A stretch of 64,000 bases of DNA from NCBI RefSeq assembly GCF_963921235.1, contig NC_086107.1, positions 94,490,001 through 94,554,000 on the forward strand, written 5' to 3'. Positions within the stretch are counted from its first letter, which is position 1. Each line of letters starts with the position of its first letter. Shown here one piece after another: positions 27,823 to 41,285 of the stretch. A program made the translations under genes and the position numbers. Source of the DNA: Mobula hypostoma (taxonomy: Eukaryota). Under the pieces are notes generated by a model. That model saw nothing but the letters and a program-made list of their open reading frames with translations, did no database searches and was not told the origin of the DNA.

Positions 27823-28194
27823 CTGGGGAGGAAGACAAGGCTGAATGAAATGCTGCTTCTATTCAATAATAACCCTCCACATTCACAGAGCATAGAACAG
27901 GGCAGCACAGGAACAGGCCCTTCTGCACCAACCAAGATGCCAAATTATACTAAATCTCTTCTGAATGCATGTGATCCATATACCTCCCATTCCCTGCCTA
28001 TTCATTTGGCTGTCTATCTAGCACCTTCTAAACGCAACTACTCTGTCTGCTTCCACCACCATCCCTGGCAGCCCGTTCCAGGTACCCACCACTCTCTAAG
28101 AAACAATCTTGCCCTGCACATTTCCTTTGTACTTTTCCCTCTCTCTCTTTAATCGCATGCCCTCTAGAACTTAAGATTTATACCCTAGGAGTAA

Positions 28195-30925
28195 GGTTCC
28201 TTTCCTTGTGGGCAGGTTTGCGAGAGCTGTTTGGGAGGGTTTAAACTAATTTGGCAGGGGAATGGGAACCAGAGTGTTAGTGCTGAGGATGGGGTAGTTG
28301 GTTTACAAACAGAGGCAGTGTCTAGTGAGACTGCTAACAAGGGCAGGCTGATGGATAGGGCATCATTGCAGTCAATGGGATGAGCTTCAATGTAAAAGGG
28401 GCCAAAATCGAAAAGGACAGACGGTGCTACACTTGAATGCACACAGTATACAGAATAAGATACGGCAGATGAACTTGAAGTACAGTTACAGGTTGGCATG
28501 TATGATGCTGTGGGCATTACTCAATCATGGCTGAAAGAAGATTACAGCTGGGAGTTTAATGTCCAAGGATAAACACTATCAAAACAACAGGCAGGTAAGC
28601 AGAAGGATCAGTAAAAAAAAATCTGCTGGTAAAAAATCAAATCCTTAGAAAGACCCTGATGGGAGTATATACAGGCTTCCAAAAGGTAGCAAAGATGTGG
28701 TCTACAAATTACAAAGGCATGTCAAAAGGACAATATTACAATAGTCATGGGGATCTCAACATGTAGACAGATTGGGAAAATCAGATTGATGGTGGATCCC
28801 AAGAGAGGAATTTTGTAGAGTGCCAATGAGATGGCTTTCTACATTGTAGTTGAACCCATTCGGAGATCACCTATTCTGGATCCGGTGTTGTGCAATGAAC
28901 CATAATTTATTAGACAGCTTAAGGTAAAGGAACCCTTCAGAAACAGTGATCATAATATGATAGAATTCACTGTGCAATTTCAGAAGGATAAACTAAAGTC
29001 AGATATATCAGTATTACAATGGAGTAAAGGGAATTACAGAGGCATGAGAGAGGAGATGGCTAAAACTGATTGGAAGGGACTGCAATGGCTGGAGTTTCTC
29101 GGAGCAATTCGGAAGGCGCAGGATAGATATTTTAAAGGCAGGATGACGCACCCATGGCTGATAAAGAGAAGTCAACACCAGTAAAAACCAAAGAGAGTCA
29201 ACATAATAGAGCAAAACTTAGTGGGAAGCTTTTAAAAAACAACAGAAGGCAACTAAAAAAGGAAAAGATGGAATACAAAAGTAAGCTAACCAATAACAGA
29301 TATCAGATTGCTGGAAAATTATGCTGAAGAGATAGTAATAGGGGGCAAGGAAATGGCAGATGAACTTAAGCATTTTGCATCAGTCTTCACTGTAGAAGAC
29401 ATCAGCAGTATGCTGGAAGTTCAAGAATGTCAGGAGGCAGAAGTGAGTGAAGTTGCAATTACTGGAGAAGGTGCTTGGGAAACTGAAAAGTCTGAAGGTA
29501 GATAAATCATCTGGACCACCAGATGGTCTACACCACAGGGTTCTGAGAGAGGTAGCTGAAGAGATTGTGAAGGCATTAGTAATGACCTTTCAAGGATCAA
29601 CGGATTCCGGAACAGTTTCAGGGGAATGGAAAATTGCAAATGTCGCTCCACTCTTCAAGAAGGGAGAGAGGCAGAAGAAAGGAAATTACAGGCCAGTCTG
29701 GCCTCAGTGGTTGGGAAGATGTTGGAGTCGAATGTTAAGGATGTGGATTTAAGGTACTTGGAGGCACATGATAAAATAGGCCAAAATCAGCATCGCTTCC
29801 TTAAGGGAAAATCTTGCCTGACAAATCTTTTGGAAATAATAAGCAGGATAGACAAATGATAATCAGTGGATGTTGAATACTTGTATTTTCAGAAGGACTT
29901 CAGCAAGATGCCACACATGAGGCTGCTTAACAAGAACCTGTTTAACAAGAGCCCATGATATTACAGGGAAGATACTCACATGAATAGGGCATTGGCTGAT
30001 TGGCAGGAGCCAAACAGTGGGAACAAAGGAAGCCTTTTTTGGTTGACTGCCAGTGACTAGTGGTTGGGACTGCTTCTTTCTACGTTATATGCCAATGATT
30101 TGGATGACAGAATTGATGGTTTTGTGGCTGTTTGCAGACGATATTGAAGATAGATAAAGGGGCAGGTAAATTTGAGGAAGCAGAGAACCTGCAGAAGGAC
30201 TTAAGACAGATTAAGTGAAAGGACAAAGAAGTGGCAGATGCAACACAATGTCGAGAAGTGTATGGTCATGCACCTTGTAGAAAAAGTAAAAGCACAGACT
30301 ATTCCCTAAATGGAGAAAAAAATCAAAAATCTGAGGTGCAAAGGGACTTGGGAGTCCTCATTCAGCAAGCCCCAAAGGTTAATTTGCAAGTTGGTGAGGA
30401 AGGCAAATGCAATGTTAGCATTCGATTCGACGGGACTAGAATATAAAAGCAATGATGAATGCTGAGACTTTTATAAAGCACTGGTGACGCCTCACTTGAC
30501 TGAGCAGTTTTGTGCCCCTTATCTCAGAAAGGATGTGCTGACATTGGAGAGGGTTCAGAGGACGTTCACAAAAATGATTCCGGGATTGAAAGGCTTATCA
30601 TATGAAGAGCGTTTGATGGCTCTGGAATTAAGAAGAATAAGGAGGGGAATCTCACTGAAATCTATTGAATGTTGAAAGGCCTCAATAGAGTGGGCGTGGA
30701 GAGGATGTTTCCTATGGTGGGAGAGTCTAAGACCAGAGGACACAGCCTCAGAATAGAGGGTAGTCCATTTAGAACAGAGATGAGGAGAAATTTCTTGAGC
30801 CAGAGTGGTGAATCTGTTGATTTTGTTGCCACAGGCAGCCGTGGAAGAAACAGATCAGCCATGATGAATAGTGGAGCAGACTCAATGGGCCAAATGGCCT
30901 AATTCTACACCTATATCTTATGGTC
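28195..30925 (+). mobile_element. Old, degenerate CR1 LINE spanning ORF1 end to 3'UTR
   Basis: Broken endonuclease and RT motifs (SDHNM, KSSGPPDGLHHRVL, FLKGKSCLTNL, SKTRGHSLRI) with many stops and frameshifts. Confidence 0.9.
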
Positions 30926-31484
30926 TTCCGATTCTGACTGTCTACCTGAGCCTCTCAATTTTATAAAGCTTATAGATCCAGACCATAATTTTACAGAAAC
31001 TCAGCCAGCTCCGTCATGGGCACAACCCTTCCTGTCTCAAGAAAGTGGCACTTATCACTAAGGACTCATAACATCCAGGACATGCCCTCTTCTCGTTACT
31101 ACCTTCAGGGAAGAAGCACAGAAGCCAGAGACCTATACACACAACAATTCAGAAATAGCTGCTTCTATTTTCACATTTCTGAATAATCCAATAATACGTA
31201 TTCCTTATTTTTGCAATATTTATGTTATAGCAATTTTATATATTTGCACTGTACGGCTGCCACAAATTAATAAATTCCACATCATATGAGTTAGCGCTAA
31301 TAAATCTGATTCTGAAATTCTTTAAGTCTCCCCTCAACCTCTGAACCTCCAGACAACACTAAGTTTGTCCAGCACCCCTTTGTTCTGTCTGTCACCAAAA
31401 AAAACAGGATTTTTCAGTACCCAAACATTTCAACTTGACTTCTCATTCTGACATGTCAGTCTATGGCCTCCTCTACTGCTATAA

Positions 31485-32280
31485 TAAGGACATAAGAACA
31501 TAAGCAATAGGAGCAGGAGTCGGCCATCTGGTCTGTCGAACCTGCTCCACCATTCGATAAGGTCATGGCTGATCTGACCATGGACTCATCTCCACCTACC
31601 TGCATTTTCCCCTTAACCCTTAATTCCCCTACTATGCAAAAATCTATCCAATCTTGTCTTAAATATATTTACTGAGGTAGCCTCCACTGCTTCATACTCT
31701 GGTTGGAGGAACAACACCTCATATTCCTTCTGGGTAGCTTTTAACCTGATGGCATAAAATCACAAGACATGGAAGCAGAATTAGGCCATTCAGCCCATCT
31801 AGTCTTCTCCACCATTCTGACCATAGCTGATTTATTTTCCCTCTCAATCCCCCAGTCTTACCTTCTCTCTGTAACCTTTGGTGTCCTTACTAATCAAGAT
31901 CCTATCAACCTCCACTTTAAATATACCCAATGACTGAGCCTCCACAGTTGTCTGTGGCAATGAATTCCACAGATTCACAAATCTCGGCTCAAGAAATTCC
32001 TTCTCATCTCCATTCGAAATGGACATCCTTCTATTCTGAAGCTGTGCCCTCTGGTCCTAGACTCTCCTACTATTGGAAACATCCTCTGCACGTCCACCTT
32101 ATCTCGGCCTGTCAATATTCGACAGGTTTCAATGAGATCCCCCCTCATTCTTCGAAATTCGAGCAAGTACACGCCCAGAGCCATCAAACACGCCACACCC
32201 ATTAACCCTTTCATTCTCATGAACAACCTCTGCACCCTCTCCAACACCAGCACATCTTTTCTTCAATATGGGGCTGAAAA
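31485..32280 (-). mobile_element. CR1 3' fragments
   Basis: LERVQR...RGDLIET...SRTRGHSFRI. Confidence 0.8.
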
Positions 32281-32818
32281 TTCAGAAACAGCAAAAGGTT
32301 TAATATCACCGGCATATGTCATGAAATTTGCTGTTTTGCTGCAGCAGTACATTGCAATAATAATACTAAAACTATAAATTATAATAAGAAATATATTTTA
32401 AACATTAATAAATAGTGCAAAAAGGAAAGAAAGTGAGGTATTGTTCATGGATTCAATGTCCATTCAGAAATCAGATGGCAGAGGGGAAGAAGCTGCTCCT
32501 GAAATGTTGAGCACTTCTTCAGGCTCTTGATCTCCTCTTCACTGGTGGCTCCTGGGTGATGGGAGTCCTTAATGATGGATGCTGCCTTTTTGAGGCATCA
32601 CCTTTTGAAGATGTCCTCGATGCTGGGGAGGCTAGTGCCCATGAGGGGAGCTGTCTCGAGTTTACAACTCTCTGCAGCTTTTTCCCATCCTGTGCAGTGG
32701 CCCCTCCATACCCGGTGGTGATGCAACCCATCAGAATTCTCTCTACAGTACATCTGTAGAAATTTGTGAATATCTTTGGAGACATACCAAGTTGCCTCTA
32801 ACTCCTAATAAAATATAG

Positions 32819-33630
32819 CAGGGGTCCCCAACCTTTTTTGCGCCGTGGACCGGTTTAATATTGACAATATTCTTGTGGACCGGCCAACCCGGGGGTTGTT
32901 CAAGTAGGGTTAAACTCACCTCAACATGTCCTTTACAGTTGGGGTTGTCAATTTTCTCACTCCCAAATAAGGGACAAAAGTAGCAGTCAAATCCTGACGA
33001 AGGGTCCCGGCCCGAAACGTCCACTGTACCTCTTCCTATAGATGCTGCCTGGCCTGCTGCGTTCACCAGCATTTTTTGTATTTACCCTGAGAAAGACTAC
33101 CATGACGCCTTGCATGGGCACCTGTGTGCGCCTGTGTGGCATTCGCATATGTGACGTGCGCATGCGCATACGTGCCGATTTCTTTTTCCCCACAAATCGG
33201 TTTTGGCTTAATCTTCCCGACTATGCTGTACAGACATTATTTCAACTTTATATAGGCCGTGTATTTATCATATCAGTCCTGCTTTTACTATATGTTAGTG
33301 TTATTTTAGGTTTTATGTGTTATTTGGTAGCTTATTTTTTGGGTCTGGGAACGCTCAAAAATTTTTCCCATATAAATTAATGGTAATTGCCTCTTCACTT
33401 TTTCATAGGAACACTCTACCTTAGCGGGGGAAATACGGGACAAGGGCAGTCCCGTATGGGACAAACCAATTTAGCCCAATATACGGGATATCCCGGCTAA
33501 TACGGGACAGTTGGCAACCCTATATTCAAGTTCAACAGTGTGTGACAGGGAATGAGGAAAGGTGCAGGTGACTCATATCGTTTCCTCACGGCCCGGTACT
33601 GGTCCGCAGCCCGGTGGTTGGGGACCGCTG
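32819..33630. mobile_element. Composite non-autonomous hAT: Charlie-type outer TIRs, inner TAGGGTT...AACCCTA element
   Basis: Outer caggggtccccaacc / ggttggggaccgctg; inner 32905-33522 flanked by tgttcaag / tattcaag. Confidence 0.85.
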
Positions 33631-35410
33631 AAATCGTCCATCGTGCCTTCTCACTAATCACAATACTCCAAATGTGATCTAACCAGCGCCTTATAAGGCC
33701 TCAGCATTACATCCTTGAAATTACACCTCTTGAAATAAATACTAACATTGTGTTTGCCTTCCTTACTACAAACTGCTTCTTTCTTGAAGATGCTAAGAAT
33801 CGTAACAAAGATTTAAAGATTAGCTTTATTTGTCACATTCAGCGAAATGCATCATTTCCATCAAATCAACAAGGATTGTGCTGGGCAGCCTGTAATCACA
33901 CCAAATGAGGCCATTTGGCCCACTTGGTCTCTGCTAGCTCCCAAGGGAACAATTAAGTTAGTCTAATTCCTTATTTTCTCATTTCCTCTACCCCTCTATT
34001 CTCTCACACAAACAGCTATCAACTCCTCTAATTCTTTTACCCATTAACCTAAACCAAATTTTCTTTTGTAGCCGATTATATTAAATCACATCTCTGGAAA
34101 GGGGGAGGAAACTGCAGCGTATAGAGGAAGCCCACAGCGTCACAGGGAGAACGTGTGAACTCCATAAAGGCAGCACCAAAGGTCACAACCAGACGAGTCC
34201 TCGGATCTGTTGGACAGATGACTGTCTCCTACGGCCCTTTCCTGATAGGAGGGGGACTCAACGACATCGAAAGAGGGGCTGACCTGGGGTGGCACAGACT
34301 GTAGCTGTATATGTAATGCCAACACAGAGCCAGTGGTCCAGGTTCAATTCCCAACGCTGTCTGTAAGGAGACTGTACACTCTCCCCGTAGCCGCGTGGGT
34401 TTCCTCCGAGTGTTCCGGCTTCCACCCACATTCCAAACACACACAGATTAATTGGTTAATGGGGTAAAATTGGGCTTGTTGGACAGTAGGGCCTGCACCT
34501 CTGAACAAAACATCAACAGGATTCATGCCCCTAAAAGGCATCAGGAGACGAGACACTAAAATAATCCGTGCAGCACAGGGAAAAGGGCTGAGTCAAGGAC
34601 TCTCACTTTTCCATAAGATAAGAGATAAGACATAGGAGCAAAATTAGGCCATTCAGCCCATTAAGTCTGCTCTGCCATTCGATCAGGGTTGATTTCAAAT
34701 TCCTCTCAACCCCTCCTTTCCGCCTTCTCCCACTAACCTTACTAATCAAGAAACTATCAACCTCCACTTTAAATATACCCAAGTACTTGACGTCCACAGA
34801 TGTCTGTGGCAATGAGTTCCACAGATTCACCACCACTAGATAAAGAAATTCCTCCTTATCTCTGCTTTAAAGGGACATCCTTATATTCTGAGGCTGTCCC
34901 CTCTGGTCGTAGACTCCCCCACTATCGGAAACATCCTCTCCAGATCCACTCTATCTCAGCCTTAAATACATCCACCTCCCTATGTATTTATATGGTGTAT
35001 ATACCCCCAAGGCCTCTCCATATCCTCCTTGCAACCTACAAGGTCACCTGCCTGAATCATCAGCAAACATATGAAACTGTAGTGCAATACCAGGATGCTG
35101 CCTGGATTGGAGAACACGTCTTACGAAGACAGGTTGAGCGAGTTAGGGCTTTTCTCTTTGGAATGAGGGTGGGTGAGAGGTGACTAGCTGGAGGTGTATG
35201 GATGATAAGAGGCATAGATGGAGTGATACCACCTCCATCTGGAACGGAGGGGTCACCGCACAGAGGGATGTGAACTCAGCCAGCTCCATCATGAGCACTA
35301 GCCTCTCCACCATAGAGGAAACCCTGGAAAGGCAATGCCTCAAGCATGCACCTTGAAGGGACATCACCATCTGGGAAATGTCCTCTTCTCATTAGTACAA
35401 TCAGAGAGGA

Positions 35411-35862
35411 TGCCGTGACCATGGGCGGCGGGACGGACCCTGAGCGGGAGTCTGAGGCCCAAGGTCTTCAGCGAGGAGGGGAGACGAAGACAGACTCGTA
35501 TGGAGTGTCTGGTCGACCCCTGTGATTGGTCCCAGGCGGCAGGTCGAGGGGGTCGGAGGGGATTGAATGGTGGAAAGAAGACTCTATTAATTGAGTTCCA
35601 ACTGTTGTGCACGAAGTGGTTGAACTTTGATAAGTTTGGCGCCTTTTATTTTCCTTTTGTATTGTATCTCTATTAATTATAGTTCCAGTAAGATCTATAA
35701 AGTGTAATCATTCAATTGCCTCTGGTGTATTGTCTGTTAATTGGCGGGATGGGTACATCACACAGCATCCACACAGACTTGATTACCCAGTTTGGCGGGA
35801 CAAAGGCTGCTCCGCCTAGACAAAAGCGAGTTGAGCGAGCCTGAGGCTTACCAGGGGCTACA
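35411..35862. mobile_element. Partial or solo LTR related to 4049-4455
   Basis: Ends ggggctaca; shares aattgag..caact..tgcac and gtttggcgggac; no clear TSD. Confidence 0.6.
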
Positions 35863-36874
35863 ATATTTATTATAATTTATGGTATATTTTACATATTGTA
35901 CTGTAATGCTGTCACAGAACAACAAATTTCATGACATATGTCTGTGATAATATACCTGACTGTGGTTCTGCAATTTACTGCTGGAAAGGGCAATGGGAAA
36001 TGGGAAAAAATGTTGAAGAACAGACATCTTGTGATGCAGTTTTCAAAAGGACAAAGCATGACTACACAGGAACAGGCCCTTCAGCCCATCTAGTCCATGC
36101 CAAGCTATTATTCTGCCTAGTCCCGTTGACCTAAAGTAGAAACTGTATCACAGTGACAGGAAGCGAGGAAGAGGAATGATCTCACAGAGAGCTGGCTTGG
36201 GTTCACTGGCCGTGACACTTTACATACAGCGATTGCCACTGTCTGCAAGGTGCTTGTACATTCTCCCTGAGACGGCATGGGATTTCTCCAAGTACGTTGG
36301 TTTCCTTCCACATTCCAAAGACATATGGGGTAAGGTCAATAAGTTGTGGGCATGCCATGTCAGACACTCGCGCACTGCCCCCGGCACATCCTCGCACTGT
36401 GTTGGTTGTTGACGCAAACGGGGCATTTCACCGTATGTTTCAAGGTCCATGTGACAAGAAAAGCTGATTTTCACATCTTTCTGCTTCCAGGCTACAATAA
36501 GTAGGAAACCTGAACAGATCCTCTCCCGTGTGCTCCCCAGCATCAGGCACAGTCTTAGACCAGCTGCTGCCTTGTATGGAACCAGGCTTCTCAATATATC
36601 GTGCACTGCTCCATATTACAAAGGGTGGTGTAGGGGAAAGAACAGTGAGGGCTAATAACTAATAAATAGGAACGTGGATTGTGCTAACGTAGTAACAGGG
36701 ATCCACAGACGAAAGTAGAGATACAGAATACAGCAGCAACAACATCCAAGTTTCAGAACCTTCTTTGATTACGTTTAGCACCTATAGTTGTAAAAGAAAA
36801 CTGGATAACAGACCTGTGGATAGCAGTTTTATTCTGTAACCAGGACCCAATCTGCCATTCAAGTAAGCCTTCCT

Positions 36875-37262
36875 ATCGCCACCATTTGCATGGCGGGGTG
36901 GAGATACGTCTCTGCCAAAGGAGGTGTACGACGCTCCTTCCCTCCGCTAGCCTGCAGGTCACCCTTGGGCAAGGTGTAGCAGCTGCTTAGCCTCCCTGAT
37001 CAGAGTCACTTGAAGCCACGGGAACAGGTGGTGGACGGTCGTATGAGCAGCTGGTGCATATCACAAGTCCTGGTTAAGTGACCACTGACGCCAGGTAGAC
37101 AATCTCGATAAGAGTATTGATATTGGCTGGGGTCACCTGTCTTGTAAAGCTACTTCCCAGAAGAAGGCAATGGTAAACCACTTCTGTAGAAAAATTTGCC
37201 AAGAACAACCATGGTCATGGAAAAATCATGATCACCTTTGTCATAGGCCACGGCACATTAAT
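36875..37262 (+). mobile_element. RTE-related SINE-like repeat; other copies about 3650-4020 (-), 37765-38015 (-), 50478-50830 (+)
   Basis: Four alignable copies; aaggcaatgg(c/t)aaaccact motif resembles RTE/BovB-derived SINE ends. Confidence 0.7.
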
Positions 37263-39021
37263 GAACAAATTGCCACCATTCTGTATAACAGTGTAGCTTT
37301 ACTGGTAATCTCATAACCGAGAACGTCAAATCTGTACCAAATTCATGATCAGGTTTAACTGGTTTCGTGGTGCACACCAGTTTGTAATAAGTCGCCTGGT
37401 ATTTCGAAAACCAACTCCATGTGAAGTTTCAGTTTGCTCCTACAATGGGCGTCTGTATTAACTGCAGCAACTTTATTTAAACTGAGTGGTGAAAGTGTGT
37501 TTAATGCTGACGTTGTGTAAGCAATGACTTTTGGCTGGATAAGTGCATTATCAAAGCTTCAATAACAACTGGTAATTGCATTAACCAATGCATTTTGATG
37601 GCATCATAAACTAATCAAGTAACTCGTTCCCATGGGAAGTGCATTGCCCGGTGAGACGCAAACTGACTTCTAATCTGCTTTGGTGTATCTCGGTTGGGAT
37701 AGGGAACTGAGCCCCAGGAATCCTGGTCTTGGGACGCTCTGTGATTAAAGAGTCATCATCATTATGATGTAGGCGATCACAGTTCCATGACCATGACTGT
37801 CCTTGGAAAATATACAGAAGTCGTTTGCTATTAACTTCTTCTGGGCAGTGTCTTTACATAACAGGTGAACCCAGCCATTGTCAATACTCTTCAGAGATTG
37901 CCTGCCTATTGTCAGTGGTCACATAACCAGGACTTGTGATATGCACCAGCTTCACATACGACCATCCACCACCTGCTCCCATGGCTTCAGGTGACCCTGA
38001 TCGGGGGCTAAGCAGACGTAAGGCTCATGGATCAAGTTTTGGAAGATGGAGTTGGGCTGGATGGCTGCTTTTTGCCTAGCAGAGACACGATGGATCAAAC
38101 AGCCCCCATCTGTGCCATAAATGCTTCATGAAATAATTCAAGTTTTTAAATACACAAGAATCTTCAGATCTTCAAGGAGCAATGCCTCAAAAAGGTGGCA
38201 TCCATCACCGACTACCCCATCACCCAGGACATACCCTCATCTCATTGCCGACATAGGGAGGAGATACGGGAGCCTGAAGGCACACACTCAGTGGTTCAGG
38301 AACAACTTCTTCCCCTCTGTCGTTAGATCTCTGAATGGACAATGAACCCATGAACACTACCTCACTACTTTTTCTTTGTTTCTAACTGTAATTTACCGTT
38401 TGTATTATCTATTGCAATGTACGGTTGCCACATAACAACAGATTTCGCGACACATGCCAGTGATATCAAAACTGATTCTAATTAAGCAGCACAAGCATTC
38501 TTTACACCAACGTCTCCGTCACCAAGCGTTAGGTCAGGACGGCAGCGTAGCAATTAACATATTGCTTTATAGTAGCAGCAATCACCAGTCGGGGTCTGAT
38601 TCCTGCCCCTGTCTGTAAGGAGCTTGCAAGCTCCCCCCGTGACCACGTGGGATTCCCCCCTCATCCCAAAGGCCAGTGAGTTTGGGTTAGTAAATTAGGG
38701 CATGCTACATTGGTACCAGAAGCATAATGATACTTGTGGGCTTCGCCCAGGACAAACTCAAACGGTGTTTGTCACTGATGCTTCAAAGTACATTGTATGT
38801 TTCAAAGTACATGTGATAAATAAAAATAATCATCTCTCTCTCATGCAACCCAACCGGAGGCCAGTAAATGTCCAACAATGCACCAACCAACCAGCCCAGA
38901 TCCCGCATTCACACTGAAGACCCCTCAAGCGACAACAAGATGATGGAGCAAGTCAGCAGGCCGGGCAGCATTTCACTGCATGTTCCGATGTACGTGTGAC
39001 TTTAATCGACTCCATACTCAC

Positions 39022-39230
39022 CGTGACTTTGGGCTGGTCACTGAATGACCGCTTGTTACACTGCTGCTGGGCGGCCACCAGCTGCTGAATCATCGCCTCC
39101 TGCTCCGGTGTCAGCCGTACCACGTCCACGCTCACGGGCGAGTCCTCTGCTGCCGCCAGCACCGCCTGCGCCAGGTCCTCCTCCCGCTTCTTCTGCTTCT
39201 TGCTGCGGATCTGCTCTTCCGACAGGACGC
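39022..39230 (-). CDS. NR1H2: LXR hinge/helix-1 exon (CVLSEEQIRSKK...MIQQLVAAQQQCNKRSFSDQPKVT)
   Basis: cccgcag| acceptor, |GTGAGT donor; 209 nt, phase 1/0; NKRSFSDQPKVT matches LXR-beta, not LXR-alpha NRRSFSDRLRVT. Confidence 0.96.
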
Positions 39231-39479
39231 CTGCGGGCAGTGACAAGCACGATCAGAGACTCTGGGGGAGTCGGAACACACGAGGCCACGCTCTGCCTAA
39301 GCAGGCACAGACGTGACAGGTGGACCGTTGTGTGGATAAACGCGAAGACACCATTTTGGCACACGATGGGGAGAGATCAGGTCATGTTGGTGTTCAATGG
39401 GAGTAACAACGTGGAACAATACAGTGCAGGAGCGGGCCCTTCGGCCCATCTTATCCATGCTAAGCATGATTCGGAATGG

Positions 39480-40945
39480 ATCACAATTCCAATAGGCACA
39501 TAGATGATAGGAAAAAGGACTGTTATGTAGGAGGGAAGGGTTAGATTGATCATAGAGTAGGTTTAAAGGTCAGCACAACATCATAGGCTGAAGGGCTGTA
39601 CTGCACTGTAATGTTCTATGTCCTAAATTAAATCTTTTCTGCCTTTACATGGTTCATATCCTTCCACTCCCCAAACACTCAGGTGTCTAACATCAGTATC
39701 ATATCTGCTTCCATCACTGTTCCAGACACCCACCACCCTGTGTAAAACAAAACTAATGCCACACACATCTCTTAAACCATCACCCCCCACCTCTAATTCA
39801 TGCCCTCTAGTATTTGACATTTCTACCGTGGGAAAAAGATTCCATCTGTCCACTCTATCACCACCTCTCATAATTTTATAAACTTCTATCAGGTCTCCCC
39901 TGAGACTCAAACACTCCAGAGAAAACAATTCAAGCTTGCCCAACCCCTCTGTATCGTTCAGAATCCAGGCAGCACTTTGGTAAAACTCTTCTGAGTTTCT
40001 CCAGACTCTCTGCCTGCTTCCTGTACTAGTTTGTACACACCATAAGATCTTGACACAGAATTAGGCCATTTGGCCCCTTGAATCTGTTCTGCCATTCGAT
40101 CATACGATGTTGCGCTGTTGGCGTTTAAGGCAGCAACGAAGGTCCTCCACCTCTGTCTGTATAGAAGGATTCTTCTTGGCTGTTTCCATAACAATTGCTT
40201 TTTGACCAGTCAGGGTCATTAGCCTGAGCTGAACCCTCAAACCTGGAGGACTGGTGGACCACTCTCGTCTGGCCTCTGCCCTTTGACCTGATTGGCATGG
40301 GTGACCCTACCAACAGCCAAAGCACAAGGCCCCGACTCCAGCCAACATAACTCTCCGGGTCATTGAGGAACGCAAGCCTCCAAACCCAACAACAAGGTTG
40401 TGGTCTCTTAGAGGGCCGTTCAATTAAGGCTGATTTATTATCCCTCTCAACCCCATTCTCCTGCCTTCTCTCCAGAACTTTTGATGACCTGACTAATGAA
40501 GAACTTGTCAACCTCCACTTTAAGTACACTCAATGACTTCGCTTCCCTAGCCGTCTGTGAAAATGAATTCCACAGATTCATCGCCGACTGGCAAAAGGAA
40601 TTCTTCCTCATCTCTGCTCTGAAGAGACATCTTTATTCTGAGGCTGTGTCCTCTGATCCTGGACTCTCCCACTATTGGAAACATACTTTCCATGTCCACT
40701 CTATTTAGGTCTTTCAATATTTGACTGGTTTCAATGAAATCCCCTCTCATTCCTGAGATCATTCTCGTGAACCTCCTCTGGACCCTCTCCGATACCAGTG
40801 CATCCTTTCTCTGATATGGGGTCCAAAACTGCTCACAATACTCCAAGTGTGGTCTGACCAATGCCTGAGAAAGCATCAACATTACATCCTTGCTTTTATA
40901 TTCTAGTCCCTGGGAAATGAATGTTAACATTGCATTTGCCTTCCA
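39480..40945 (-). mobile_element. CR1 3' fragments plus an RTE-like SINE fragment (about 40105-40410) filling the DBD/hinge intron
   Basis: ORFs 39623-39943 and 40547-40978 carry CR1 C-terminal motifs. Confidence 0.8.
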
Positions 40946-41015
40946 ACGGATTATACCCGCCTCCCCCACCCCGCCCAAAGATCAGAATTAGGCAAATCGC
41001 CTGAAGCCTGCTTAC

Positions 41016-41285
41016 AGTGTTCCCTCATTCCGGCCTCCCGGCATTTCCGCAGTCGGCACTCCTGGCATTTCCTGCGCATGTACATGTCCATCTCACACTT
41101 GCCGCTGCTTTTGCAGGTGTACTGCGCGTTCTTGATGACGCTGCGGCGGAAGAAGCCCTTGCAGCCCTCGCAGCTCAGCACGTTGTAGTGGAATCCCGAC
41201 GCCTTGTCCCCACAGACGCTGCAGACCTCGTTGCCTAGCATCTTTGGGGCCGGGCCCTTCTTGCGCTTTACCATGGGCTCATCCC
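41016..41285 (-). CDS. NR1H2: LXR DNA-binding-domain exon ([43 protein letters not shown]...CREAGMREH)
   Basis: Two C4 zinc fingers, P-box CEGCKG and LXR-specific [12 protein letters not shown]; tttcag| acceptor, |GTAAGC donor; 270 nt, phase 1/1. Confidence 0.97.
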
